Translations under genes and position numbers: made by a program
In this document: positions 1-8,526 of the stretch, one piece after another
Layout of the letters: each line of letters begins with the position of its first letter
Numbering within the stretch: the stretch's first letter is position 1
The notes under the pieces: generated by a model
Databases searched by the model: none
What the model saw: the letters and a program-made list of their open reading frames with translations, nothing else
What the model was told of the DNA's origin: nothing
Origin: a virus
Taxonomy: Duplodnaviria; Caudoviricetes
Virus record (IMG/VR): IMGVR_UViG_3300005544_000020
Location: 172,091 to 236,090 of that record
Strand: one strand, 5' to 3'
Length of the DNA stretch: 64,000 bases

Positions 1-627
1 GACGACGGTCTTTAGAAGCGCCTTTTCTTCTTCCTCGCTCAGATCAAGCAGGGCTCTAGGGATAAATTCGCCGCCTAAAGGGCCTTCCCTCCGGAATACC
101 ATGAGCTCGGACCTTTTATCTGCCAAAAGGAAGAAATTGAGGCCTCTGGCGATCGCGCTGATTGTCTGGAGAACGCTCCAGTAGAAATCGTTGAGATAGA
201 CGCCCTTTCCCCCATACGATGCTTTCGCATCCGCGATGACCTGGTCGAGATTCAGCCATTCAGGAACGTATTGAGGAAGTTCCTGGGCTGCCATCCGGAT
301 GACGACATCATCCTTCATCTCGCGCCGGCTATCGACGTCCTGGTACATCATGCTCAGGTTGTCGATTGCGGTTTGGATGCTCTTCGGAAAAGCTAAGTCC
401 TTGGCCGATAAATCACTCATATAGGCCCGCGTGATCGCAGCGCCGTAAACGAAGCCAAGGCCATTCATGAACTTATAGGCTTTGTAATGATCTTCCATGT
501 CCGGCGTGAAATTACGGAATTCCTGAAGGCCGAGTTTTTCAAGATCCTTGGCGTTGGCCTCAAGATAATCCAGGTATTCCTGATAGGCCTCCGTTGCCAC
601 CTTCCCTAGGACCGCTCTCTTGCTCAT
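1..627 (-). CDS. hypothetical protein, helical, runs off the left edge
   Basis: Translated by hand: ATG at 627 overlaps the TGA of 624..1373 (ATGA); frame is open to position 1 (MSKRAVLGKVATEAYQEYLD...). Confidence 0.75.
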   Translation of the reverse strand, partial: MSKRAVLGKVATEAYQEYLDYLEANAKDLEKLGLQEFRNFTPDMEDHYKAYKFMNGLGFVYGAAITRAYMSDLSAKDLAFPKSIQTAIDNLSMMYQDVDSRREMKDDVVIRMAAQELPQYVPEWLNLDQVIADAKASYGGKGVYLNDFYWSVLQTISAIARGLNFFLLADKRSELMVFRREGPLGGEFIPRALLDLSEEEEKALLKTVV

Positions 628-1373
628 ATGGTCGGCCAGGATTCCTGGATATAACGCAGGAGGTCTTCCCGGGTCTTTCCATAGGTCCGATGATCCGTGG
701 CGAAATAGCCCTGCTTCACGGCCTCCCGCACCTCGGTCCACATCTTTATCTCTGGAACCCAGACCTGAATGAAGATAGCGGGTATCGGCCTTTCGATGAA
801 CCAATCGTCCGTAAGAGTGTTAGCCCGCTCGACATCGCCGACGTGAGCACTGTGAACTCGAAGAAGAACAGGATCTCCTGCGCTGATGTAATTGAGCGAA
901 TCGAAGGCCCACTGGATGTGCCGTACCGCTTGACCGATGATTCCAGTGAGATAGAGCTTGGGGTGCTCCTCTCCCGGTTCTTCATCTGGGATCAACCCAT
1001 CTTGGGCAATATTGGGAAGGTCTACCGCGAATGTCGAGTGATATAGCCAGCGACCGGTTCCAGAGGTCAAGGATTCTGGATGCGTCGCTTCGAAATGCTG
1101 ACCGAAGAGCGTCACGCCGCCAGGAGCGAAGGCAAGGACAGCCACGCCCTTGGCGAGCTCGTTGAAAGCCTTTGCCGTGTCGCCCTTCTTGGCGCTCTTG
1201 AAAAGGATGTTGTCACCCTTTTCGGCGACGTATTGGGAAGCGTGGGTGGCGATCTGCTGGAGTTCCGACCAGGGCCGCTTCTGGAACTCCATGATATTGA
1301 GAGAAACCGCCATCGGCAGCATGGTCTTGAGAAGGGCGCCGGAATCCATGCACTCGAGTATATCAGGCACCAT
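624..1373 (-). CDS. ADP-ribosyltransferase-fold protein (Tpt1/KptA C-lobe-like NAD-binding domain) with unknown N-terminal domain
   Basis: Motif order LYHST..LPNIAQDGLIP..KLYLT..A..PVLLRV..DDWFIERPIP..FI matches the ART/KptA-like strand pattern. Confidence 0.6.
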   Translation of the reverse strand: MVPDILECMDSGALLKTMLPMAVSLNIMEFQKRPWSELQQIATHASQYVAEKGDNILFKSAKKGDTAKAFNELAKGVAVLAFAPGGVTLFGQHFEATHPESLTSGTGRWLYHSTFAVDLPNIAQDGLIPDEEPGEEHPKLYLTGIIGQAVRHIQWAFDSLNYISAGDPVLLRVHSAHVGDVERANTLTDDWFIERPIPAIFIQVWVPEIKMWTEVREAVKQGYFATDHRTYGKTREDLLRYIQESWPTI

Positions 1374-1392
1374 CTAGCTTTGCAGCAGTAGA

Positions 1393-1466
1393 TGGTGCTC
1401 CCGACGGGATTCGAACCCGTATGCGGACTTTTAGAGAGTCCTAGCCCGCCTTTGGCCCACGGGAGC
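1393..1466 (-). tRNA. tRNA with CUA anticodon (amber suppressor), CCA end encoded
   Basis: 74-nt cloverleaf: acceptor GCTCCCG/CGGGAGC, D-stem GGCC/GGCT with GG in loop, anticodon stem GGACT/AGTCC with loop CT-CTA-AA, 4-nt variable loop, T-arm ACGGG-TTCGAAT-CCCGT, A73, CCA. Confidence 0.92.
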
Positions 1467-1474
1467 AGGATAAA

Positions 1475-1798
1475 TCAGCCGATCACCCGATAGCGATTCC
1501 CGTCAGGGAACTCGATGAAGACACGATCCTGGATTCCGCCGGAAGTCTGGCCGCCGGAGCTAGAGGCTGGCTGAGAGATCGCCAGTTCTTCCAGCCTCTT
1601 GATTCCCGCTTCCCTAGCCTTCTTTTCCGTGGAGAACTCCTCCAGGTTGTACCACTCATTGGAGAATGTATCGTACCCGAGAAGTTTGAAGACGGCTTTC
1701 TTCTTCTTAGACGGAGCCGGTTCTTTCTCCTTCTTCTTGGGAGCAAGGCGTCCGATTCCGTTCCGCTTCTTCCATTCGTTGATCGACATCCAGGGCAT
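1475..1798 (-). CDS. hypothetical protein
   Basis: ORF track; start moved to the ATG after the GAGGAGG RBS. Confidence 0.7.
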   Translation of the reverse strand: MPWMSINEWKKRNGIGRLAPKKKEKEPAPSKKKKAVFKLLGYDTFSNEWYNLEEFSTEKKAREAGIKRLEELAISQPASSSGGQTSGGIQDRVFIEFPDGNRYRVIG

Positions 1799-1809
1799 GT
1801 CCCCTCCTC

Positions 1810-2421
1810 TCAATTGTCCCGGGCGAGTTCCTTGACCGCGATCTCCTTCAGAACAGGTTTCATGAAGACTTCGAATGCCGCGCTGGCCGTGGATAGCTGT
1901 TCTAGACTCACCGGACGCAGCGGTTCGATCTTGAGCACGGAGCAGCAGTCCCCGCAGATCGACAAGATCCCGCCGCCCATATCCACCAGCATCCGGAAAT
2001 CTTCCCGGATATAGGGTAGCGCATTCTTGCAGGTCTCCGCGCTCAGGACGAAGATGCAGCGCTCTTTGAGCCTGATCCTGTGCTCAGGAGCAAACGGATT
2101 GACCGGACCTCCGTGGATCTTCTCCTGTTTCTGCATTTCGATCAGGATCCGCATGAAGAACTCCTGCTGGCGCAGGCCGGTATTCATGCAGACCCAGCAT
2201 TTCGGCTGCATCGGATCGGAGGACCACTTGGGCTCCATCCGTCGCTCAAGCTTCTGGACGCTCTTCGCCTGGTCGACCGCCTTCTTCACGTCGAGCGCCG
2301 CCTTCTTCTCCATGACGCCTTCATGAACCTTGCAGGCTCGGTCTTCGCCACCGACGTGGTAGGTTGCGGCCTTGTTGACCGTCTGCTTGCAGATCGAGCA
2401 GACGACTTGCTTGATTGGCAT
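1810..2421 (-). CDS. hypothetical Zn-binding protein
   Basis: Several CxxC pairs; in operon context. Confidence 0.7.
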   Translation of the reverse strand: MPIKQVVCSICKQTVNKAATYHVGGEDRACKVHEGVMEKKAALDVKKAVDQAKSVQKLERRMEPKWSSDPMQPKCWVCMNTGLRQQEFFMRILIEMQKQEKIHGGPVNPFAPEHRIRLKERCIFVLSAETCKNALPYIREDFRMLVDMGGGILSICGDCCSVLKIEPLRPVSLEQLSTASAAFEVFMKPVLKEIAVKELARDN

Positions 2422-2422
2422 C

Positions 2423-3892
2423 TCAGCCTCTCAGTTCCTTCATCTTCTCAGGCGAATGGAGCGCCACGTTCACGAGCGCCGCGCCCAATCGGCAGCACTC
2501 GTCATGGAATGACGAGCTCAGGTGGTCGGATACCCGATAATGGCTGAACTCATGGATGAAGAGTTCATCCACCGCCGTCCAGTAGGGCGCGTCGAACCAG
2601 GAATGTCCTAGGCGCCCAAGGTTCAACGTCAGTTCCCCGGAAGGCCCGAAGGTCGCTGCGAAGGGCCAGGAGATATCCGTCACGATCTTGACCCGGATCT
2701 CGGTCGAGAGGATGTTCTTGGCCACGTACTTGGCATAGGCCACGATCTTCTTGACCCCCGGCGTCCACTTCTCCTCCGGAAGGATCTTCTGGGCTTCGCC
2801 ATTCGGAGAGTACGGCCGCGGCGACGGCGTCACCTGTCCCGCCGGCAGCGCCACAGCGAAGCGCTTGACGTTCGTCCACTCGTCTTTCGAAAGCGATCCC
2901 GGGGTGATCACTTCATAGCCCTGGGAGACGGCGATCTTGGTCCCTTCCTGGTCGGAAGGATCCATGATCACGCGCTTCTCGCTGAAGCGCTGGGTGATGA
3001 TGTGTTCCATAGCAGGCTTCGAGATGCTCTCGTCGGAGGCCGCATCGCGGGCCCAGGGCTCGACCGCTTCTTCAGCCGTGATCTCCTTGTACATCTCGTT
3101 CATCACGAGAGTCCGGATTTCGCGGAGATAGGCTGGGGTCACGTTGTCCCGGTCGGCATTCAGCGGGACCTTCTGGAGGACGTTGTAATGCCACTTGTCG
3201 CCGCCTTCCAAAAGGGCGACGACCGGGATGCCCATCTCATAGACCGAGGCCACTTCACCGACCTTGGCCTCGAAGATCTCGATCTGAGTCTTCCTGGCCG
3301 AACGCCGCAGGATGCCCTCGGCGTCCGCTACTTCCGTCGCGAGCGTCGCCTCGATCGTCCGGATGGGGGTCCGGGAAGAGATCAGGGCGCCGTTCACGAA
3401 GGTCTTGACCCCGCGCGGAGGGAGGAGCTTCATGACGGCCTGAAGCGCATCCTCGCGTTCCATCTGGTTCATGCGGATGCAGGCCCAAAAGCGAGAACCC
3501 GCGGCCCGCTTCGTCCTGAGCGTATGACGCCCGTCGACGTCGAACATGACGCCGCCGGTCGTCGTCTCGATCCGAGCCTGCTTGCAGAGCGCCAGAACCA
3601 GCTTCTCGCCCAGGTTGAAGCGGCCGCGCTTCTCCGCATTGCCCTTCTTTTCGCTCTCAGCATAGAGCGTCCAGGCATGGGTAAGATCCTTCCAGCCGTC
3701 CGGGTGATCGTCGATGACCTCGATCTCGGAGTATCCCTTGAGGTCCTCCGAGGCCTTGACCGTCACCATGATCTCCTTCGCATCCGTATCCCAGGCGTTC
3801 TGGATGAGCTCGTAGAGGACGAATTCCTTGCCTTTCCTCTCGAGAAGCTTGGCGAGGCCCTCCTTGTCGACGTCGAACCAGGTCTTGCTCAC
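2423..3892 (-). CDS. GHKL (HSP90/MutL-like) ATPase with C-terminal HExxH metallopeptidase-like motif
   Basis: ELIQNAWD (N box), DDHPDG (G1), RGRFNLGEK (G2), GSRF; C-terminal FIHEFSH. Confidence 0.75.
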   Translation of the reverse strand: MSKTWFDVDKEGLAKLLERKGKEFVLYELIQNAWDTDAKEIMVTVKASEDLKGYSEIEVIDDHPDGWKDLTHAWTLYAESEKKGNAEKRGRFNLGEKLVLALCKQARIETTTGGVMFDVDGRHTLRTKRAAGSRFWACIRMNQMEREDALQAVMKLLPPRGVKTFVNGALISSRTPIRTIEATLATEVADAEGILRRSARKTQIEIFEAKVGEVASVYEMGIPVVALLEGGDKWHYNVLQKVPLNADRDNVTPAYLREIRTLVMNEMYKEITAEEAVEPWARDAASDESISKPAMEHIITQRFSEKRVIMDPSDQEGTKIAVSQGYEVITPGSLSKDEWTNVKRFAVALPAGQVTPSPRPYSPNGEAQKILPEEKWTPGVKKIVAYAKYVAKNILSTEIRVKIVTDISWPFAATFGPSGELTLNLGRLGHSWFDAPYWTAVDELFIHEFSHYRVSDHLSSSFHDECCRLGAALVNVALHSPEKMKELRG

Positions 3893-4026
3893 TTGTTCTC
3901 CTTCCCTTTTCCCCAGAAAAACTTGGTCAGGCCAGCCTTGATGTTTTTGCGCTGTTCAACGGGCGCATCCGGTCGCGCCTTGTCGAATCCACGCATGATG
4001 ACCTTGAGAGTGGCGCGTTTCCTCAC
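3889..4026 (-). CDS. small basic hypothetical protein (45 aa), missed by the ORF track
   Basis: GTGA overlaps at both ends; MRKRATLKVIMRGFDK... Confidence 0.55.
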   Translation of the reverse strand: MRKRATLKVIMRGFDKARPDAPVEQRKNIKAGLTKFFWGKGKENK

Positions 4027-4397
4027 TCCTCGTCTCCCTTCTTGTTCGGATTATCGGGATGACGATCAATGCGGATCGCATACATGTTCGTCCGGCTGGC
4101 GACCTCGAGCAGATTATTTATGCTCTCGGCGACCGTCAGAGAATGCTTCTGCTCGAGTTCCTGGACTGCGGTGAAGATCTCCAGGCCGGGAGCGTCGAGA
4201 TCCGTCAGAGGCTTCCGGTCTTTCAGGTCTTCGACTTTGTTCGTCTCGAGCGCGATCTGGAGGAGAATTTCCACGATACGGTTAATCGTGAGGTCATATT
4301 TCTCCTCGACGCGAATCACGCTCATGTCGAGACTGCACTTCGCCTCGACCACGATGAAATAGCGCGGGTGGATTCGCATTCTTGCGGCTCCGATCAT
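4023..4397 (-). CDS. hypothetical protein
   Basis: ORF track; operon context. Confidence 0.65.
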   Translation of the reverse strand: MIGAARMRIHPRYFIVVEAKCSLDMSVIRVEEKYDLTINRIVEILLQIALETNKVEDLKDRKPLTDLDAPGLEIFTAVQELEQKHSLTVAESINNLLEVASRTNMYAIRIDRHPDNPNKKGDEE

Positions 4398-4443
4398 TTG
4401 TCCACTATCTTTTATCAGTTAAGGATGTCAGGACAGGTCACAA

Positions 4444-4599
4444 CTATTTCGGCTTCCAGTCTTTCCCGAAGAACTTCTTTCCGGCAGCTTCGATCCGCTT
4501 TCTGGTCTTGGCGGAGAAGTCGGAGATCTCGCGCACTTGGTACGGGCCTCCCGTGATAATGACGTCGACCGATCCCAGACGGATCTTCTGCTTCTTCAT
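4444..4599 (-). CDS. small basic hypothetical protein
   Basis: ATGA overlap with the Mom-like gene; ends in TAG. Confidence 0.6.
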   Translation of the reverse strand: MKKQKIRLGSVDVIITGGPYQVREISDFSAKTRKRIEAAGKKFFGKDWKPK

Positions 4600-5432
4600 G
4601 AGGCCACCTTGTCCGTGCTCTTGGGATACGCGGGGGACTTGGATTCCTCGCGAGCAGCGGCGAGAGCCGGACGCATGTGCTTGTCGAGCGCCCACGCGTA
4701 CTTGTGATTCCCCCCATGCTTGAGGGGACGGGTAACGAGCGGGAGCCAGTGGGAGAGCCACACAGCCGGAACCTCGTCCAGCGGGCCCGCGCCGTAGGAC
4801 TGGAGTTCCTGGACGGCGCCCTTCCAGCCCTGCTCCATCTTCCGGATCTTCTGCTCCGTGCGATGATTGAAGACGCGCCCATCCGGCAGCAGATGAAGGC
4901 GGCGTCCATCCGCGCGGCCGAGGTACGTGCCGGACAGCGCCTGATAGATCGTCCCGACGTGACCCGGAAGGACGATCTCGCCGGCGGCGGTCGCCCGGGG
5001 CATCGGATCGCTGAAGCTGACGACGCCCAGAACGCCGCGGAGTTCGCGGCCGGTGTCATCGACGATGACCTTTTTCTTGAGGGCGTCGAAGCAGCGCGCC
5101 AGGAACCACGTCTCGCCGTTCCCAGGAACCTCGTCGAGCAGGACGAAGCGGCCGAGTTCCGTGGCTTCCTTCCGATGGACCGGAAACACGTTCGTCAGGG
5201 TCCGGTCGTTCACCGGATGACTGAAGACCGCGACGCCCACCAGGATTCCATGACGGTAGAGGCCGTAGCGGAAGCGCGCGGCGGGGTAGTCGCCCGAGTA
5301 GTGGTGTTCCTGGACGAAGGCCTTGGGAATCTCGTCCGTGAGGATCTCCGCCACCTCGTACTCCGAGGGGCGGATCACTTCGCCGGACGGGCGCCAGCGG
5401 GCCCGGCCTTCCTCCCAGCGCTGGTTGAGCAT
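4596..5432 (-). CDS. Mom-like GNAT-fold DNA modification protein
   Basis: FVQEHHYS..YGLY...LVGVAVFS..ELGRFVL..NGETWFLARCF..VVSFSDP..GHVGTIYQA are typical Mom-family motifs. Confidence 0.75.
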   Translation of the reverse strand: MLNQRWEEGRARWRPSGEVIRPSEYEVAEILTDEIPKAFVQEHHYSGDYPAARFRYGLYRHGILVGVAVFSHPVNDRTLTNVFPVHRKEATELGRFVLLDEVPGNGETWFLARCFDALKKKVIVDDTGRELRGVLGVVSFSDPMPRATAAGEIVLPGHVGTIYQALSGTYLGRADGRRLHLLPDGRVFNHRTEQKIRKMEQGWKGAVQELQSYGAGPLDEVPAVWLSHWLPLVTRPLKHGGNHKYAWALDKHMRPALAAAREESKSPAYPKSTDKVAS

Positions 5433-5435
5433 GGC

Positions 5436-5801
5436 CTACGCCCCCATCCTGCGCTCGGCCTCGTAGATCGCGTCGACCTCGCGCAGGTCGCGGCGATGCT
5501 GGTAGTAGGCCTTCAGTTCCTTCTCGAGGCCTTGGCGCTTGCACTCTGCGGCGTCGACGACCAGTTCCACGCGCTTGCCCTCGCAGCGCTCGCACGTGAT
5601 GTCGTAGCGGCCCGAGAAGTAGCCTTCCTCGAAGTCCGGGTCGTCATCGAACTCTTCCTGGCCGATGCCGTTTCCGTCGATCGCGGGGTTGACGTGCTTG
5701 CCCTCGCCGTCGCAGCGGCTGCAGACCTCATACTTGGCCGGCAGCTCCACTTCGATCTCGCAGGTTTCCTCATCCAGGGTCGTGAACGTGATCGTCGCCA
5801 T
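5436..5801 (-). CDS. hypothetical Zn-finger protein (CxxCxGxG ... CxxCxG)
   Basis: CSRCDGEG and CERCEG; first gene after a strong promoter; ends in TAG. Confidence 0.8.
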   Translation of the reverse strand: MATITFTTLDEETCEIEVELPAKYEVCSRCDGEGKHVNPAIDGNGIGQEEFDDDPDFEEGYFSGRYDITCERCEGKRVELVVDAAECKRQGLEKELKAYYQHRRDLREVDAIYEAERRMGA

Positions 5802-5831
5802 ACCGCCTCTCCTTCCTATCGAACTGTTGAG

Positions 5832-5860
5832 AGTATATACTCAAGCATATACTCAGTCAA
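5832..5860 (-). promoter_or_regulatory. sigma70-type promoter, class A, with GAGTATA-N10-TATACTC operator
   Basis: TTGACT-N17-TATACT with an A/T-rich UP-like tract upstream. Confidence 0.8.
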
Positions 5861-5895
5861 TAGGTGAAAGCGGAATTCGAAAAAATAAATTCGGC

Positions 5896-6669
5896 CTACA
5901 TTTTCCAGTCAGCGACCTGTCCGGAATCCTGCCCTGCTTCCACGGCCTCGAGGACCTCGGCGATCTTGAAGTCCTTACGAAACGAATGGCCGATCTCCTT
6001 CTCGACGGCGACGTACTCCTTGAGCAGTTCCTTGTTCTCTTCCTGCTTTCCGGCCAGGACAAGCGCCGCCTTCGGCGCGAAGATGCAGAAGACGCAGGAG
6101 AGCCGCGGCATCCCGAGCGAGTAGGCGACGTGCTGTGGGATCGCATTCGCCTTGATCGTCTCCCAGACCTCTTCGATCTTCATGTCCAGGATCGGAAGCC
6201 AGTCGTCAACATGGCGGCGGCCGTTGGTCCGCCGTTCGTTGACCTTGAAAGGGACCTTTTTCGCCCTGGCCGGCGACTCCTGGGCCCTGAGACCCATCAC
6301 GTTCAGGACCTTGAGGCGGCGCTCGAGGCCGGGCGCCAATTGCGTGATCAGCTTGTCTATCGGCGCGCGTTTGAAGTCGCTCGTGCAATACCGGGCCATG
6401 GACGATGGCCACATCTTCCGCCGGCGGACGTAGTCCAGAAGGCCTTCGCCGCGGGTCACGATGTGGAAAGGAATTCCGAGCTGCTCGGCCTGCTTCTTCA
6501 CGACCGTATCCGCTCCCTTCCATTCTTCGCGGAAGGTGGCATGGCCTAGGACCAAGCGATCCTTGACGCCCTGGGCCTCCGCCATCTTGGTCACGTTCCA
6601 GGCCATCACGGAGGAGTCTTTCCCGCCGCTGGTGTTGAGCAGGACCAGGTCGTAGGCCGTGAGATCCAC
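5896..6669 (-). CDS. PAPS reductase-like (adenine nucleotide alpha-hydrolase) protein
   Basis: SGGKDS PP-loop, RYCTSDFK, GLRAQESPARA, RLSCVFC. Confidence 0.85.
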   Translation of the reverse strand: MDLTAYDLVLLNTSGGKDSSVMAWNVTKMAEAQGVKDRLVLGHATFREEWKGADTVVKKQAEQLGIPFHIVTRGEGLLDYVRRRKMWPSSMARYCTSDFKRAPIDKLITQLAPGLERRLKVLNVMGLRAQESPARAKKVPFKVNERRTNGRRHVDDWLPILDMKIEEVWETIKANAIPQHVAYSLGMPRLSCVFCIFAPKAALVLAGKQEENKELLKEYVAVEKEIGHSFRKDFKIAEVLEAVEAGQDSGQVADWKM

Positions 6670-6876
6670 TTAGCCTACTTCTTTCATGGCGACCACATAG
6701 CGAACGTAGGAGTCCAGAGCCTCCTTGAGTTGAAGCTTGGCCTCTTCCTTCGCCTGGCTTTCCCGAGCGCAGAAATACCCTCGGTCATACTCGCACTTTT
6801 CTGCTGCGGCCTTGTACTCGGCATTCGCCGTCGCATACTTCTCGATCGCTGCCAGCAGATTCTCGAATGCACCCAT
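6670..6876 (-). CDS. hypothetical protein
   Basis: ORF track; RBS. Confidence 0.65.
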   Translation of the reverse strand: MGAFENLLAAIEKYATANAEYKAAAEKCEYDRGYFCARESQAKEEAKLQLKEALDSYVRYVVAMKEVG

Positions 6877-6877
6877 A

Positions 6878-7171
6878 TCACCTTCCTTTCATGCGCTTTT
6901 CCAGCGCGCGTTCGCAGACTCCGTTCCCGCAGGACTCCCCGAACTGCTTCGCCGCTTTCTGGGAAAGGGCTTTCATGTTCCGATAGATCTCGCGGGTAAT
7001 CACTCGGGCGTCTTCGAGACCGAGCTCCTTGTTGTAGTATCCCAGGCAGTATTGGCGACCCATGACCTCCACGAAGTATCCACTATCTCCACAATGGATG
7101 TCCATGTGCGCCGGCGACAGGTACACCCGCTTGCGGCCCTCGGGATAGAACCTATGGTCCATCTTCTTCAT
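6878..7171 (-). CDS. hypothetical protein
   Basis: ORF track. Confidence 0.65.
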   Translation of the reverse strand: MKKMDHRFYPEGRKRVYLSPAHMDIHCGDSGYFVEVMGRQYCLGYYNKELGLEDARVITREIYRNMKALSQKAAKQFGESCGNGVCERALEKRMKGR

Positions 7172-7174
7172 GGC

Positions 7175-7909
7175 TCAGTCCCAGTACGCCATAGGATCTT
7201 CGTACGCCGGGAAGTTGGCCTCGATCCACATCTCCATCTCGAGTTGGATCATCTTCTGGACCCGATCGATGTCGAAGACGTTCTTCGGAACGAAGAACGG
7301 CTCGCGGCTGCGATAGACGATCTTCGGCTTGACGCCGCCGTGGTATTCCTCCTTCCGATCGAATTCCACGCCGTTGTCGTGAACCTCTCCCCAGAGCGGC
7401 TTCTCTCCGGGTCCCTTGAACTTATAGTCGCACTGGACCCGGACCGTATACCGACGGCTGAGCGCCCACCCGAAGGCCTCATAGTCGTAGAAAGCCCCCT
7501 TGAAGAAGATCGTCCAGCGGGCCCGCTTCTTCTGGTCGAGGACGTAGCTGTACATCGAATGGAAAGGCGACGCGATCTTCGTCCACCCTTCGGGAAGCGT
7601 GCCCTCCTGGAGCATCTTGTCGATCGGACGGCCGAACTTGAAGCCCAGCTTGTCGAAGAACTCCTTCGGCGAGCCGAGCTTGATCGGAAGCTGCTCGTTC
7701 CGAACGAGTTCCTGCTGCTTCTGTCGTTCCTGGCGCTCGATGCCTCCGGGGGTCGCGGCCGCGATGAAGTTCTCCGTGAACTCCGGACCCTTCTGCATTG
7801 CCCTCGACAGGAGCTCAATCGGGATGTCCGAAGGTTCCACGATCCTGCAATCCTCCTCCTCGATCCAGACTCGTCCATCGAAATCCTGATAGATGCGCTT
7901 GGGTGCCAT
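7175..7909 (-). CDS. hypothetical phage protein
   Basis: ORF track; AAGGAG RBS. Confidence 0.8.
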   Translation of the reverse strand: MAPKRIYQDFDGRVWIEEEDCRIVEPSDIPIELLSRAMQKGPEFTENFIAAATPGGIERQERQKQQELVRNEQLPIKLGSPKEFFDKLGFKFGRPIDKMLQEGTLPEGWTKIASPFHSMYSYVLDQKKRARWTIFFKGAFYDYEAFGWALSRRYTVRVQCDYKFKGPGEKPLWGEVHDNGVEFDRKEEYHGGVKPKIVYRSREPFFVPKNVFDIDRVQKMIQLEMEMWIEANFPAYEDPMAYWD

Positions 7910-7949
7910 CGTCTTCTCCTTCCTTTAGAGGCTGTCCTCACACAGGCGT

Positions 7950-8201
7950 TTAGGCGCGCCCGTCCGCGCCGCAGAGCGAACAGCGATCGTCGTCATTCCA
8001 GACGTGCTGGTGCAGGCGGAGCACCCGAACCTCCTGGAGCGCCTTCTCGAGCATCTCCTCGAGGATCTTGTACGGATCGTGGGGCTCCCCCTCACTGTCC
8101 TCATAGATGCCGGTCAGATCCTGCATCTCCTTATCCCGGTTCGCCTTCTCCTTGGCGCCCTCGATCGCCATGAACAGCGTGTCCATCGTGACTGGAGTCA
8201 T
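7950..8201 (-). CDS. hypothetical protein with C-terminal HxW..CxxC
   Basis: ORF track. Confidence 0.65.
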   Translation of the reverse strand: MTPVTMDTLFMAIEGAKEKANRDKEMQDLTGIYEDSEGEPHDPYKILEEMLEKALQEVRVLRLHQHVWNDDDRCSLCGADGRA

Positions 8202-8232
8202 AACCCTCTCCTATAAAGATTCCGCTTCTCGG

Positions 8233-8430
8233 TTAGCTGTTGAACTCGGAGTCCTTCATCTGGTCCTTCCAGGCATCCCAGTCGAAACCGGAATCATCGT
8301 TCTCCGCCATGATGCGGGCGACATCGGCCCAGCTTCCGGGAGGAGGTCCCTGGATCACAGTATCCTTCTCAGGAATCTGACCGCTCCCGTCACACTCCGC
8401 GCAGGCTCCGATGAATCCATGGTCGCACAT
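8233..8430 (-). CDS. small acidic hypothetical protein
   Basis: ORF track; AAGGAGG RBS. Confidence 0.65.
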   Translation of the reverse strand: MCDHGFIGACAECDGSGQIPEKDTVIQGPPPGSWADVARIMAENDDSGFDWDAWKDQMKDSEFNS

Positions 8431-8450
8431 GATGGCCTCCTTTATCTTTC

Positions 8451-8514
8451 TTTCCGCCCCGGGCTCACCGGGGCGGGAAGGAAGTCCCGGGGCCCCATAC
8501 TGGCGGCCCCAGGG
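8451..8514. other. twin GC-rich intergenic hairpins
   Basis: TTTCCGCCCCGG/CCGGGGCGGGAA and GGGGCC/GGCCCC stems; no U-tract on either strand. Confidence 0.5.
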
Positions 8515-8526
8515 GAGAGGGGTCTT

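Noticed and set aside
1340-1392. HDV-like theta ribozyme 3' of the suppressor tRNA
   Set aside because: I see only a short TCTA..GCT-GCAA-AGC..TAGA hairpin and could not build a nested double pseudoknot
1393-1466. tRNA-Pyl identity
   Set aside because: The loop CUCUAAA matches, but it has a canonical GG D-loop, TTCGA T-loop, 5-bp anticodon stem, 2-nt 8/9 linker and A73, unlike tRNA-Pyl; no pyl genes are in the window
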